The notes under the pieces were generated by a model. That model was given only the letters and a program-made list of their open reading frames with translations. It had not been told where the DNA came from and made no database searches. A stretch of 64,000 nucleotides of DNA from an uncultured bacterium (GTDB taxonomy: Bacteria; Acidobacteriota; HRBIN11; JAKEFK01), in NCBI GenBank assembly GCA_963777505.1, contig CAVZQN010000006.1:192001-256000 (forward strand), written 5' to 3'. The position numbers and the translations under genes were made by a program. Positions 46,800 to 57,329 of this stretch are shown piece after piece (the first letter of the stretch is position 1; the number at the start of each line of letters is the position of its first letter).

Positions 46800-49055
46800 A
46801 TGGAACGACGTGTAGAAATTGAAGTGGGCGGTAAATCGCTCAAAATTGAAACCGGAAAATTAGCGAAACAAGCAGATGGTTCTGCATTAGTACAACTTGG
46901 CGACACGATAGTCCTCGTAACAGCTTGCTTCAACAGGAAGCCTACTGAAGGCCGCGATTTTTTGCCATTAACCTGTGATTATCGTGAAGCTACATATGCC
47001 GCAGGAAAAATTCCTGGAGGCTTTTTCAAACGTGAAGGAAAACCTACCGAAAAGGAGGTTTTGACGTCTCGTTTGATTGATCGCTCGATTCGCCCATTAT
47101 TTCCGGAAGGTTATTATCACGAAACTCAGGTCATCGCATCTGTTTTGTCAGCAGATCAGGAAAACGATCCTGATATGGCAGGATTTGTAGGAGCAAGCGT
47201 AGCTCTGTACCTCTCAGAATGTCCATTCAATAATCCGATCGGCGGCGTGCGCGTTGGATTAATCGATGATCAATTTGTAATCAATCCAACCAACTTGCAG
47301 CAAAAAGACAGCACGCTGGAGCTTGTTGTTGCCGGAACTGAAAGCGCAATTGTGATGGTTGAATGTTCGGCGAAGGAACTTTCTGAAGAGCGAATGATTG
47401 AAGCAATTTCATTCGGTCATGAAGCGATAAAGAAAATAATTGCTGGCATTCGTCAAATGTTTGCGACCCAGCCGTACGAAAAATTATCGGTTGTCCCGCC
47501 AGAATTGCCGGCGGATTTTGTTGCTTCCGTCAAATCACAATATGGTGCAAAAATAAGCGAAGCATTAAATACAAAAGGAAAGCTTGCTGGTTACAAAGCG
47601 ATTGGTGACTTGTTTGATAACGTGATCGAACAAATCCCTGAAGAAGAGGAAGAGCGCAGAACATTAACAAAGCGTGCACTTGAAAAAATAAAGGAAGAAC
47701 TCTTCCGCAACCAGGTAATTCATGAACGCAAACGTACCGATGGCCGCGGCTTTAAAGAAATCCGGCCGGTCACAATTGAAGTTGGATTGCTGCCCAGGAC
47801 TCATGGATCGGGGTTATTTACGCGCGGAGAAACTCAAGCACTTGCTACAGTAACTCTTGGTACTTCAGATGATGCACAAATCATCGATGAACTTGAAGGT
47901 GAATCTCTAAGAAGATTCATGCTTCATTACAATTTCCCGCCATTTTCAGTGGGTGAAGTCGGCTTTTTGCGCGCACCTTCACGCCGTGAAATTGGTCATG
48001 GCGCTCTTGCAGATAAAGCGCTGCGAGGCATGATCCCTTCTGCCGAAGAATTCCCTTACACAATCCGACTTGTTTCAGACATCCTTGAATCGAACGGATC
48101 TTCCTCAATGGCCACCGTATGCGGCGGAACCATGGCGCTTTTTGATGCAGGCGTTCCACTAAAAGCAGCTGTTGCAGGCGTTGCAATGGGACTTGTTATG
48201 GAAGGTTCGAATTACGCAATCCTAACCGATATACAAGGTGAAGAAGATCACACAGGCGATATGGATTTCAAAGTCGCCGGCACAAGCAATGGTCTTACAG
48301 CCTTACAAATGGATATAAAGATCGAAGGCATTTCGCGCGAGCTAATGTTGGAAGCATTATATCAAGCGAAGGAAGCAAGAGAATTTATTCTAGGCAAAAT
48401 GCAAGAAGTGCTTTCAGCACCGCGTCAAGAAATTTCAACATTTGCACCGCGTTTAATTTCATTGAAAATTCCTGTTTCAAAGATTCGCGATGTCATCGGA
48501 CCGGGTGGCAAAGTGATTCGCGGCATCATTGAACAAACCGGTGTAAAAATCGATGTTCAAGATGACGGCTCAGTAACAATTGCAAGTGTCGATGAATCAA
48601 TGGCGAAGAAGGCTCAGCAGATCGTTGAAAATCTAACTGCCGAAGCAGAACGCGGCCGTGAATATTTAGGAAAAGTTCAACGATTGGAAGAATACGGTGC
48701 ATTTGTTGAAATTCTTCCAGGTCAATCAGGCTTACTACATGTTTCTGAAATTGCACCATTCCGTGTTCGCGATGTGCGCGACTTCATTTCAGAAGGTCAG
48801 GAAATTATGGTACGTGTCATCGAAATTGCTGACAATGGAAAGATCCGATTAAGTCATAAAGAATTTGCATCGCCCACTCCACCGCCAGGATATTCAACAG
48901 ACCCAAGACCGCCACGCGAAGGCGGCGGTGAGAATCGTGGTGATTTCAGACGTGATGGCGAACGCCCACGGTATGGAGGTGGAGATCGTGATCGGATGCC
49001 TCGACGCTCAGCACCTGGCAGAAGTAGAGGACCTTCAAACCGTTTTGGTGAATAA
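46800..49055 (+). CDS. pnp: Polyribonucleotide nucleotidyltransferase
   Basis: Two RNase PH domains (FTRGETQ, RREIGHG, GDMDFKVAG), KH and S1 domains. Confidence 0.99.
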   Translation: MERRVEIEVGGKSLKIETGKLAKQADGSALVQLGDTIVLVTACFNRKPTEGRDFLPLTCDYREATYAAGKIPGGFFKREGKPTEKEVLTSRLIDRSIRPLFPEGYYHETQVIASVLSADQENDPDMAGFVGASVALYLSECPFNNPIGGVRVGLIDDQFVINPTNLQQKDSTLELVVAGTESAIVMVECSAKELSEERMIEAISFGHEAIKKIIAGIRQMFATQPYEKLSVVPPELPADFVASVKSQYGAKISEALNTKGKLAGYKAIGDLFDNVIEQIPEEEEERRTLTKRALEKIKEELFRNQVIHERKRTDGRGFKEIRPVTIEVGLLPRTHGSGLFTRGETQALATVTLGTSDDAQIIDELEGESLRRFMLHYNFPPFSVGEVGFLRAPSRREIGHGALADKALRGMIPSAEEFPYTIRLVSDILESNGSSSMATVCGGTMALFDAGVPLKAAVAGVAMGLVMEGSNYAILTDIQGEEDHTGDMDFKVAGTSNGLTALQMDIKIEGISRELMLEALYQAKEAREFILGKMQEVLSAPRQEISTFAPRLISLKIPVSKIRDVIGPGGKVIRGIIEQTGVKIDVQDDGSVTIASVDESMAKKAQQIVENLTAEAERGREYLGKVQRLEEYGAFVEILPGQSGLLHVSEIAPFRVRDVRDFISEGQEIMVRVIEIADNGKIRLSHKEFASPTPPPGYSTDPRPPREGGGENRGDFRRDGERPRYGGGDRDRMPRRSAPGRSRGPSNRFGE

Positions 49056-49058
49056 ATA

Positions 49059-49080
49059 AGGGGAGTCATAACTCCCCTAC
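49059..49080. terminator. Hairpin after pnp (terminator; reads as a GTAG-REP on the minus strand)
   Basis: AGGGGAGT-CATA-ACTCCCCT-AC. Confidence 0.55.
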
Positions 49081-49250
49081 AATCGCCGAATTTTTCCGCA
49101 TTTGGAACAATTTACGGTCATTCCTACAAGGACAATACTACCCTTATCCTACTATTTGACTTCCTGGCCCCTTCTCTGGTAGGCTGATTGGGGATTTTGG
49201 AGAGAGCTTTGGGGTCCTTAAAGCTCATCACAATCCAAAGAGGAGAGACT

Positions 49251-50660
49251 ATGAAAACGATTCTGGTATGCCTGGCGGCTGTCCTTGTTCTCGCCTCCGT
49301 ATCAAATATTTATGCTGTTACGGACGAGGAAATCTTTCGTGCATTCAGTTTGAATCTTTCTACACCCGGCGCTCGCGCGCGAGCTATGGGCGGTGCATTC
49401 ATAGGCCTTGCCGATGACGCAACGGCCGCTGAAACGAATCCAGCCGGACTCAGTCTGCTGGTTCGTCCAGAATTCTCACTGGAATACGGTTACGAAAATC
49501 CAAGATCTGTTACAAATAATATTGTTCAAATTCCAGTTTCTAACTTTGATCTGAATCCAACACCGATTACAAATCCGGATCCAGGTGGAGAGTTGGATTC
49601 TACAATCGCTGAATTTCATTCCAGTGACACATTAGATGCAGTGCATCAGATTGGTTTTATAAGTGTCGTTTATCCAATTGACTTTATCACTTTTGCTTTT
49701 TCGCGGCACGAATTGATCAAAACGGAAGCAAGTGTAGATGGCGGCGTTTCATCTAGCCCATTTCATTTTATCGAACCAAATAATTTTGTTGGCGAATCTG
49801 TAATCAAGCATACAAATTATGGATTTTCAATCGCAGCCAAACTGGGTGATCATTTGTCACTGGGTGGCAATATCAAAATCGCGGATTTTGAATTTAATTC
49901 AACAATTGCAGCGCGCCAAAAAGATCAACCTTTTCATGGCAACCATTTTGTGTCCACCATCAACTCCAATGAAACGAGTGTAGGATTTACAGCCGGAGTT
50001 CTGGTCCGCGCGAATTCAACAATTTCAATCGGAGCCGTGTACAGATACGAACCGGAATTCGAACTCGAAGCGTTTGTTGATAACGTAGATTTCGGCGGCA
50101 ACCCCCTTATCATTGCCCGAACAGGCGAATCGGAAAGCGATTTTGATGTGCCGGATTCATTCGGAGCCGGAGTATCGATTAAGCCAAATCCTAATTGGAA
50201 CATTAATTTCGACATCGTAAGGGTTTTGCATTCACAGTTGGAAAGCGTTGATACCGGCTATTCTCTTTTTACCCACCTGCTCCCGGTTATTGACAATGCA
50301 AACGAGATCGAATTTAACATCGAAGATGGAACTAACTTCCACGTAGGTGCAGAATATCTGCATACCGCCGATCAATGGATCGTAGCATTTCGCAGTGGAT
50401 ATTACCGCCAAGAGCCCAACAGATTCTTCCTGGCGCGTGCAACAAATCCCGAAATTGATACCTTCCTGCGCCCTATTTTTGGATCGGATCCTGGGAAAGA
50501 TCTTCATCATATTACTCTCGGAGCTGGTATGACCAAAGGGAATTTCCAGCTTGATTTCGCAGTTGATCTCAGCCCAAAGATCACCATAGATGAAAACACA
50601 ATTGAAAGTGCCGAGGATGGCACAGTAGATTTCATTCTTTCAACTGTCTTCAGATTCTAA
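49251..50660 (+). CDS. FadL/OmpP1-like outer-membrane beta-barrel
   Basis: GAGGAG RBS, signal peptide, GARARAMGGAF..ADDATA..NPAGL, terminal Phe. Confidence 0.82.
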   Translation: MKTILVCLAAVLVLASVSNIYAVTDEEIFRAFSLNLSTPGARARAMGGAFIGLADDATAAETNPAGLSLLVRPEFSLEYGYENPRSVTNNIVQIPVSNFDLNPTPITNPDPGGELDSTIAEFHSSDTLDAVHQIGFISVVYPIDFITFAFSRHELIKTEASVDGGVSSSPFHFIEPNNFVGESVIKHTNYGFSIAAKLGDHLSLGGNIKIADFEFNSTIAARQKDQPFHGNHFVSTINSNETSVGFTAGVLVRANSTISIGAVYRYEPEFELEAFVDNVDFGGNPLIIARTGESESDFDVPDSFGAGVSIKPNPNWNINFDIVRVLHSQLESVDTGYSLFTHLLPVIDNANEIEFNIEDGTNFHVGAEYLHTADQWIVAFRSGYYRQEPNRFFLARATNPEIDTFLRPIFGSDPGKDLHHITLGAGMTKGNFQLDFAVDLSPKITIDENTIESAEDGTVDFILSTVFRF

Positions 50661-50666
50661 AGCTGG

Positions 50667-50695
50667 AGGCGTCCGCCTCAAAGCGGACGCCTTAC
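50667..50695. terminator. GC-rich hairpin (terminator or REP-like)
   Basis: AGGCGTCCGC-CTCAAA-GCGGACGCCT; same stem as the hairpin at 11871. Confidence 0.6.
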
Positions 50696-50897
50696 TTGCT
50701 TCTCTTCCAGATGAAATAGATCATTCAAACCGTCTAGCCTCTCGTGGCAAACTTTTAGCTTCCTGACCCAGTTACAGCAATCTCTCCGAACCAGTGTATG
50801 TTCTCAGACTCTACCTTCATAGGGACATATCTCCGGTCACTCTGGCGCCTTGATCATGATATACTCACCGAGAAACTACATTAAAACGGAGCATATG

Positions 50898-51164
50898 ATG
50901 GAATTAAAAGATTTCGAGGAATTTCTTGAGAGGAAAGGCCAATTAACGAGGATACAGGTCAACATTCTACGGAGCGACCTTGAGCTTCTGGCTAAGTATG
51001 CTGCCTATGTAACTAAGACTAAGAATAGTCGTCTAACCGTAGCTGATCTCTGCCAATTAGCGATCCGAGACTATGTTGATAAGCATAAGGACGATCTGAC
51101 TGACAAAATGATCGACTTCGAGTACGTTCCTCGAGGAAAAAGATCAAAGAAGGAACCTAAGTAA
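50898..51164 (+). CDS. Small putative ribbon-helix-helix DNA-binding protein
   Basis: GGAG RBS; beta strand TRIQVNI, helix SDLELLAKYA, helix VADLCQLAIRDYV; basic tail PRGKRSKK; TGATATACT extended -10 at 50857. Confidence 0.55.
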   Translation: MELKDFEEFLERKGQLTRIQVNILRSDLELLAKYAAYVTKTKNSRLTVADLCQLAIRDYVDKHKDDLTDKMIDFEYVPRGKRSKKEPK

Positions 51165-51675
51165 TCGACATAAGAGCCTGCTCTCTGCTGGCATTCACTG
51201 TATTCTCATATCAAATGTTGATCAAAAGTGTACATAAATTGAGTGTATTTGTGTACATATACTGAGAATTGCTTGATGTTTAGTGTTGTTGCTATTGCAT
51301 GAATTAAAGCATGATTGGAGAAATGTAAGTAGTCAGAATCGTCGACAAAGCTGGAAATCAGACTTACGAAATGTAGGTTTAATATTGTCCTCAATTTTCA
51401 AAATTCGCTTTTCCATCAAACACCATAATCACCAGTTTCGTCTTTTTGTCTCGAGTTATTACACCTCAAGGTCTAAGCAGCCTTGACACTATTAAAGGCG
51501 ATGAAATATGAGTTCTGTCATTACTGTGTTACCTCATTATTTGACCTTAGACGGCGATTTAATCCCATTCGGGAAATATCAATTGCGATTTTCAACGAAT
51601 GAGATTTAGACGATTGTGAAGCATCGATTTTGTAAAAGTTTAGCTTTCTTTAAGACGAAACACTATGAGGTTTTG

Positions 51676-54310
51676 TTATCTGACTGTGGCTTTTGGGGCG
51701 AGAAGCTCGGCGATGTAGCGGGCTGTGATGGATTTTTTTGATCTCGCAACGACTTCTGGACTTCCTTCGGCTACAATTTGTCCGCCACCGACACCTCCCT
51801 CAGGTCCAAGATCCAGAATGTAATCTGCGCACTTTACAATTTCGAGGTTGTGCTCGATCACAATGACTGTATTTCCGTTTTGGACTAATCGAAGGAGGAT
51901 TTCGAGGAGGTGTCTTACATCTTCGAAGTGAAGTCCTGTTGTTGGTTCATCGAGAATATAGAGCGTTTTTCCTGTGCTTCGTTTGCAGAGTTCTTTTCCT
52001 AGTTTGATCCGTTGCGCTTCTCCACCCGACAGGGTCGTTGCGGATTGTCCGAGGTGAATGTAGCCCAGTCCTACCTGTTCGAGGACTTCCAATTTGGCTT
52101 TCATCTGTGGATGATACTGAAAAAAATCGAGAGCTTCGGAGATTGTCATGTCCAAAACATCCGCAATATTTTTACCTTCGTAGGTTACTTCGAGAGTTTG
52201 CTGGTTGTATCGTTTTCCGCCACAAACGTCACAGCGCACAAAGACATCGGGCATGAAATGCATGATGATTCGGGTTTGGCCGTAGCCTCTGCATTCGGCA
52301 CATCTGCCTTCTGTGACATTAAAAGAAAACCTGCCTGGCAAATAGCCCCGAATTCTCGACTCCGGAAGTTGCGCAAAGAAGTCTCTGATGTGATTGAAAA
52401 GACCCACATAGGTTGCGGGATTTGACCGTGGGGTACGCCCGATTGGCGCCTGGTCAATATTGATTACTTTATCAATCTGATCGACCCCCTCAATGCGGCT
52501 GTGTTTACCAGGAATTGCTTTTGATTTGTACAGAACTTTGGATATGGCTTTATGCAAAATGTCCAGCACAAGTGTTGATTTACCTGAGCCGGATACTCCG
52601 GTCACTACTGTCAGGAGTCCGATAGGGAACTTTGCATTGATGTTTTTAAGGTTGTGTTCGGCGGCTCCCAGGACTTGAACAAACCCCCGGGAAGGAGTTC
52701 GGCGTGATGAAGGTACTTCTATCCTTTTCCTTCCTGTAAGATATGCTGCAGTTAAAGACTCATCGCTCTTTAGAACTGTTGCCAAGTCTCCGGCCGCAAT
52801 AACTGCCCCACCGTTCTTGCCTGCCCTGGGGCCAAGATCAACAACGTAATCAGCCGAGCGAATGGTTTGTTCATCATGCTCAACAACAAGCACGGTATTC
52901 CCAAGGTCCTTCATTGTCACCAGTGCATCAATGAGTCGTTGGTTGTCGCGAGGATGCAGGCCAATCGTCGGCTCATCCAGGACATATAAAATTCCGCGAA
53001 GTTTAGCTCCGATTTGACTGGCAAGTCGCACCCGTTGAGCTTCACCGCTGGAGAGAGTTGCGATCTTTCTATCAAGACTTACATAGTCCAAACCAACCCG
53101 GCCCAAAAATCCGAGTTTTTCGCGCATCTCACGCAGAATTGGCTTAGCAATCAGAAACTCTTGATCGCTAAATTTCCACGATTCAAACAAACGGTCTGCG
53201 TCACGTTACCGAAAGATTCATAACTTCAGCGATATTCCGGCCGCCAATTCGCACAGCCATCGCTTCCTCTCGAAGCCTTGCCCCGTTACAAACAGGACAA
53301 ACGACGCTTTCCTCTTCATCCAATTCATCTTCGGCAACCTGCCATTGATCGAGAGCATCTTTGGTGGGTGAGTAATATAATTCCCGCGCCGATGGAGTCG
53401 TTGTAATCAGAATGTCTTCCGCCTTTTTTTCTGCTATCCGATAAAGTTTTGAAGTAGAACCAACTTCACCGATTCCATCACATTCCGGACACGCTCCGAT
53501 GGGTGAATTGAAAGAAAAGAACCGTGGTTCAAGCTCAGGAAAATTAAATCCACATTTTGCGCATGCCCGATTAATGGAAAATAGTTTTTCTTTCGATCCA
53601 GAAAATACGACAAGATCCCCTTTGCCAAGTTTCAATGCATATTCTGCGGAATTCCTGATCCGGTCACGCTGAACATCCCCCAGCGGAAAACGATCAACTA
53701 CAAGTTCAATCGTGTGCATTTTATGACGTTCGAGTTTTGTAGGCTTATCGAGAAAAGTAAATGTTCCATCGATTCGTGCTCTCGAAAATCCTTTCTTTAA
53801 GAACTCTTCCAGTTCCTTTCGATATTCTCCTTTCCTTCCGCGAACAATTGGAGCGAGCAGCTGAATCTCTGATTGCTTATCATTTGCCAGAATCTGTTCG
53901 ACAATCTGATCGACCGTTTGCGATTGAATTGGGATATCGCAGTGCGGACAGAATGGCGTACCCAGCCGTGAGTAAAGCAGACGTAAATAATCCTGCACTT
54001 CTGTAACCGTCGCTACAGTTGATCTTGGATTCCGAGTAATCGTTTTTTGCTCAATGGAAATTGCAGGTGACAAGCCTTCTATCGAATCCACATCAGGCTT
54101 TTCCATCATTTGTAAGAATTGTCTTGCATACGCTGACAACGACTCAACGTATCTTCGCTGACCTTCACCAAAAATTGTGTCAAATGCAAGCGAAGATTTG
54201 CCGCTGCCGCTTAATCCTGTGATAACAATCAATCGATTTCTGGGCAGATCCAGGTCAATATTTTTCAGATTATGTTGTCTGGCTCCGCGAACGATAATTT
54301 CTGTGTACAT
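51676..54310 (-). CDS. uvrA: Excinuclease ABC subunit A; frameshift near 53203, probably a sequencing error
   Basis: [16 protein letters not shown], CxxC fingers, [24 protein letters not shown]; the two ORFs join on removing one base. Confidence 0.93.
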
Positions 54311-54316
54311 AAATTC

Positions 54317-55273
54317 TTACTGCAAAGACTCAGAAGTCTTTTCTTTTTTCACCAGGTATAAAATTCCGCCGATGATTCCATAGGAAAATGTCAAAACATA
54401 ATCCCACAACGAAAATACTACAGCCTGCGCCTCAGACACTCCGAACGGCTGCAAAAGATAAATATATGAGAACTCACGCACCCCGATTCCATTCGGCGTA
54501 AGTGGTATTAGCTGAATGCAAATCAGGATCGGCATGACGATACAAGCCTCAAGGAAAGTAAGGCTCATGCCGATTCCTTGTGCTATGAAAAAATAATAGA
54601 GAATTACATTCGCTTGTAGCAACAATCCAAGCATGAAAGCGTAGAAGACAACCCCTTTTGCTCCGGAAAAAGCCCAAAATGCATCAACTAGCCCTATTAC
54701 TTTGCTTGAAATTCTCGCCGGCAGTTTCGAAGCCAGCTTTTTTAAGAAATTTGAAAACCGTTCACTTCCATAAAAGAGAAGTACAGCTAAAAAACCGATG
54801 ACTGCCAGACTTAATAAGGCAATCGCAAATCCTCTGACTTCGCTGAGTCTTGGATAAAACGCAAGCGCGGTTATTCCAATGAGCAAAAGCCCGTAAATAC
54901 CGGAAAGACGTTCAACGATGATTACCGCAAAAGGACGCAGCAGCGAGCCACTATACTTCTTAGAATCTACCATTCTGTAAACATCGCCGCCCACTCTTGT
55001 TGGAAGGAAGTTGTTGAAAAATCCGCCGATCAGATAGGATTGGATCAAATCCAGCAATGGAGCGCGAACTTCATGTACTGCTAGCAGGAGCTGCCACCGA
55101 TACGCGCTTAATAACAGTCCAATAATATGGAGAAACCCTGCAGCAATGATCCAGCGCAGATTGCTTTGTTTTAACTCGGCACCAAATTCGGAAAGATTGA
55201 CCTTAAATAAGAAGAGCAGTACTACGAGAATAATTCCGACAGCAAGCTTCAACCAGTATGAACGAAACTTCAT
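54317..55273 (-). CDS. Lysylphosphatidylglycerol synthase TM-domain (flippase-like) protein
   Basis: YRWQLLL, FFNNFLPTRVGGD, ER, PLTPNGIGVRE. Confidence 0.85.
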   Translation of the reverse strand: MKFRSYWLKLAVGIILVVLLFLFKVNLSEFGAELKQSNLRWIIAAGFLHIIGLLLSAYRWQLLLAVHEVRAPLLDLIQSYLIGGFFNNFLPTRVGGDVYRMVDSKKYSGSLLRPFAVIIVERLSGIYGLLLIGITALAFYPRLSEVRGFAIALLSLAVIGFLAVLLFYGSERFSNFLKKLASKLPARISSKVIGLVDAFWAFSGAKGVVFYAFMLGLLLQANVILYYFFIAQGIGMSLTFLEACIVMPILICIQLIPLTPNGIGVREFSYIYLLQPFGVSEAQAVVFSLWDYVLTFSYGIIGGILYLVKKEKTSESLQ

Positions 55274-56010
55274 CGAGTTCGCCTGGCAAAAACGGTAACC
55301 GGAGAACCGAAATGTTTATTTAAAGTCAGGCCTGAAAAAAATCTTTCGGCGCCATTCATCAAACGTTTGCTATGAAACATTCGATACACTGCAATTGGCA
55401 AAAAGAATCCCGGATCCATGGATGTGATTTCAAAGCCATGCCCTCGAAGCTCCGAAAATACTTCTTCAGGATTTAGCGTCTTATAAGATTGAACGTTTTG
55501 TGAAACAAGTCCACGAATCGAATGCCACGCAGGAACCAAACGTAGAAATCCATGTTTAGCCGGAAAATCAATGACGACCCGGTCATCTGAAATCCGGCAG
55601 ATTTCACTTAACGCTTTTTTCCAATCAATGACATGCATCAACAATCGAAAACTTAACGAACACTGGAAGGTCCGATCTTCAAATGGGAGCGCTTGTGCAT
55701 CCACTACGCGCGTTTCTAAATGAGGGTTCTTCGACTTCTCCTGCAAAACTTCCAGCATCTGAGCCGACGCATCACATGCGGTTACTTTCGCGCCTTTTTC
55801 TAGCAATGGAATCGTTAATCGGCCTGTTCCAGCTCCGATATCAGCAATCTTCCATCCCTTTACGTCATGGAGTTCCCGGAAGACCATTTCTTCCTGTACC
55901 CATTTAATGTACTCACCAACCGATCCGCCAAATCGAAGCTGATCAAATGTACGAGCAACATTAGGATCGGCATAAACTCGGTAGCTGTAGTGATCTTTTG
56001 TTTGATCCAT
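55270..56010 (-). CDS. Class I SAM-dependent methyltransferase
   Basis: ADIGAGTGR, DAQALPF. Confidence 0.88.
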   Translation of the reverse strand: MDQTKDHYSYRVYADPNVARTFDQLRFGGSVGEYIKWVQEEMVFRELHDVKGWKIADIGAGTGRLTIPLLEKGAKVTACDASAQMLEVLQEKSKNPHLETRVVDAQALPFEDRTFQCSLSFRLLMHVIDWKKALSEICRISDDRVVIDFPAKHGFLRLVPAWHSIRGLVSQNVQSYKTLNPEEVFSELRGHGFEITSMDPGFFLPIAVYRMFHSKRLMNGAERFFSGLTLNKHFGSPVTVFARRTR

Positions 56011-56017
56011 GAACTGC

Positions 56018-57226
56018 CTAAACCAATTTTTCGCTGATATTATTCTTCAAAAATGGCTCGTTATTTTTCAAGCTATTTACGTACGAATAAAGATTGGAAG
56101 TTTTAGCAAGATATTCACGGTAGCTATATTTTTCTAGTGCAACTTGATGCGCCCGCTCAACCATGCTGTTTATTTCTGGATTGCGAAGTGCTTTTAGAAT
56201 CCCTTCGGCAAAGGCTTTCGGCTCGGGTTCTGTTAGCACAGCGATCTCGGGATTCAAAACCTGCGTATGTGTAACGAGATTGGTAGCCACAATGGGCCGT
56301 CCGCTACGCAAATAAGAATAAATTTTTAACGGCGTATTGGTTCCTGATTTCCGCGGTGAAACCAGAACCGAAGAGAGCTCAAGATACTGAGCGACCTGAT
56401 CAACTGGAACCTTCTCTTTTAGAATTACATTGTTCTGCACACCAACTTCTTCGGCTCGCTTACGAATGAGTTCAATTGAATTTCGATCGCCGCCAACCAG
56501 CAAGAAAATAATTTCCGGATCCTGTTTCAACACAAAAGGAATGCTTTCCAATAAGAGATCAAGACCTTGATAATGTTCGAAGGTTCCAGCATACAGAACG
56601 ATGCGACGTCCCCTTAGTTTTTCATCCAGATCTGATTTCGCAGGCTTAGCCTGGAAAAATGTATCGGCTTCCGGTGTATTTTCTATAACAAAAACCTGGC
56701 GAGTTACTCCCGATTCACGCACATGATCACTGAGATACGGACAGATCGCAATGATTGCATCTGAAGAAAGCAATGCACGTTTTTCAAAGAAACGTAAAAA
56801 ACGATGAATCAACGGGGATTTCGTGACGTTAAAATTTGCAAACTGCTGTGCCAGCGAAGAATGCATGTCATAGACATGCGGGATGCGCCAGATCCGGCTC
56901 AAAACTCCGCCGAAAAAACAAGCCTCTTCGTGTGTGTGAATCACATCGTAGCGATTCTTCAACAACAATTTCAACGCTGAAAAAAATAGGAAAAAATCCA
57001 AAGGCAATTTTGTGAGCGAAGGCCCAACCTTTACCTTGCTGACAAATGGAACCTTCATTGATCTGAAAATCCGAAGCTTTGGAATTTCTACATCTTTGCC
57101 GATCGGATACGTTACAAGATCAACTTCATGACCCAGTTCCGAAAGGGCTTTGATCCGAAAATATTCGCTGAAAGGCGTGCCCCTGGGCTCAAAAAATGGT
57201 TCAGGGGCAATCATTAAGATTTTCAT
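56018..57226 (-). CDS. GT4-family glycosyltransferase
   Basis: YAGTFEHYQG, SPRKSGTNTPLKIYSY..GRPIVAT. Confidence 0.88.
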   Translation of the reverse strand: MKILMIAPEPFFEPRGTPFSEYFRIKALSELGHEVDLVTYPIGKDVEIPKLRIFRSMKVPFVSKVKVGPSLTKLPLDFFLFFSALKLLLKNRYDVIHTHEEACFFGGVLSRIWRIPHVYDMHSSLAQQFANFNVTKSPLIHRFLRFFEKRALLSSDAIIAICPYLSDHVRESGVTRQVFVIENTPEADTFFQAKPAKSDLDEKLRGRRIVLYAGTFEHYQGLDLLLESIPFVLKQDPEIIFLLVGGDRNSIELIRKRAEEVGVQNNVILKEKVPVDQVAQYLELSSVLVSPRKSGTNTPLKIYSYLRSGRPIVATNLVTHTQVLNPEIAVLTEPEPKAFAEGILKALRNPEINSMVERAHQVALEKYSYREYLAKTSNLYSYVNSLKNNEPFLKNNISEKLV

Positions 57227-57259
57227 AAAGGCTTGGATTATAGCAAAGTTTCTTCTTCC

Positions 57260-57315
57260 GGAGGGCAGGCGTCCCTGCCTGCCTCAACTCCGGCGAGCAG
57301 AGACGCTCGCCCTCC
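57260..57315. repeat. GGAG-type REP-like doublet
   Basis: GGAGGGCAGGCGTCCCTGCCTGCC ... GGCGAGCAGAGACGCTCGCCCTCC. Confidence 0.7.
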
Positions 57316-57329
57316 AGATGAATCTAATT

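Noticed and set aside
50745-50760. Possible sigma-54 site TGGCAA-ACTTT-TAGCT
   Set aside because: Two mismatches to consensus, far from the ORF, and a better extended -10 lies at 50857
51225-51262. dif site or replication origin
   Set aside because: Does not match the XerC/XerD 28-bp consensus and no DnaA-box cluster is visible
51508-51609. 33-aa ORF MSSVITVLPHYLTLDGDLIPFGKYQLRFSTNEI resembling an FHA-domain end
   Set aside because: Too short, weak RBS, no upstream FHA motifs; the resemblance may be chance
53190-53210. TGA read-through (selenocysteine) in uvrA, or at 59803 in the aldo/keto reductase
   Set aside because: The downstream coding sequence continues in a different frame, so these are indels and not in-frame recoding
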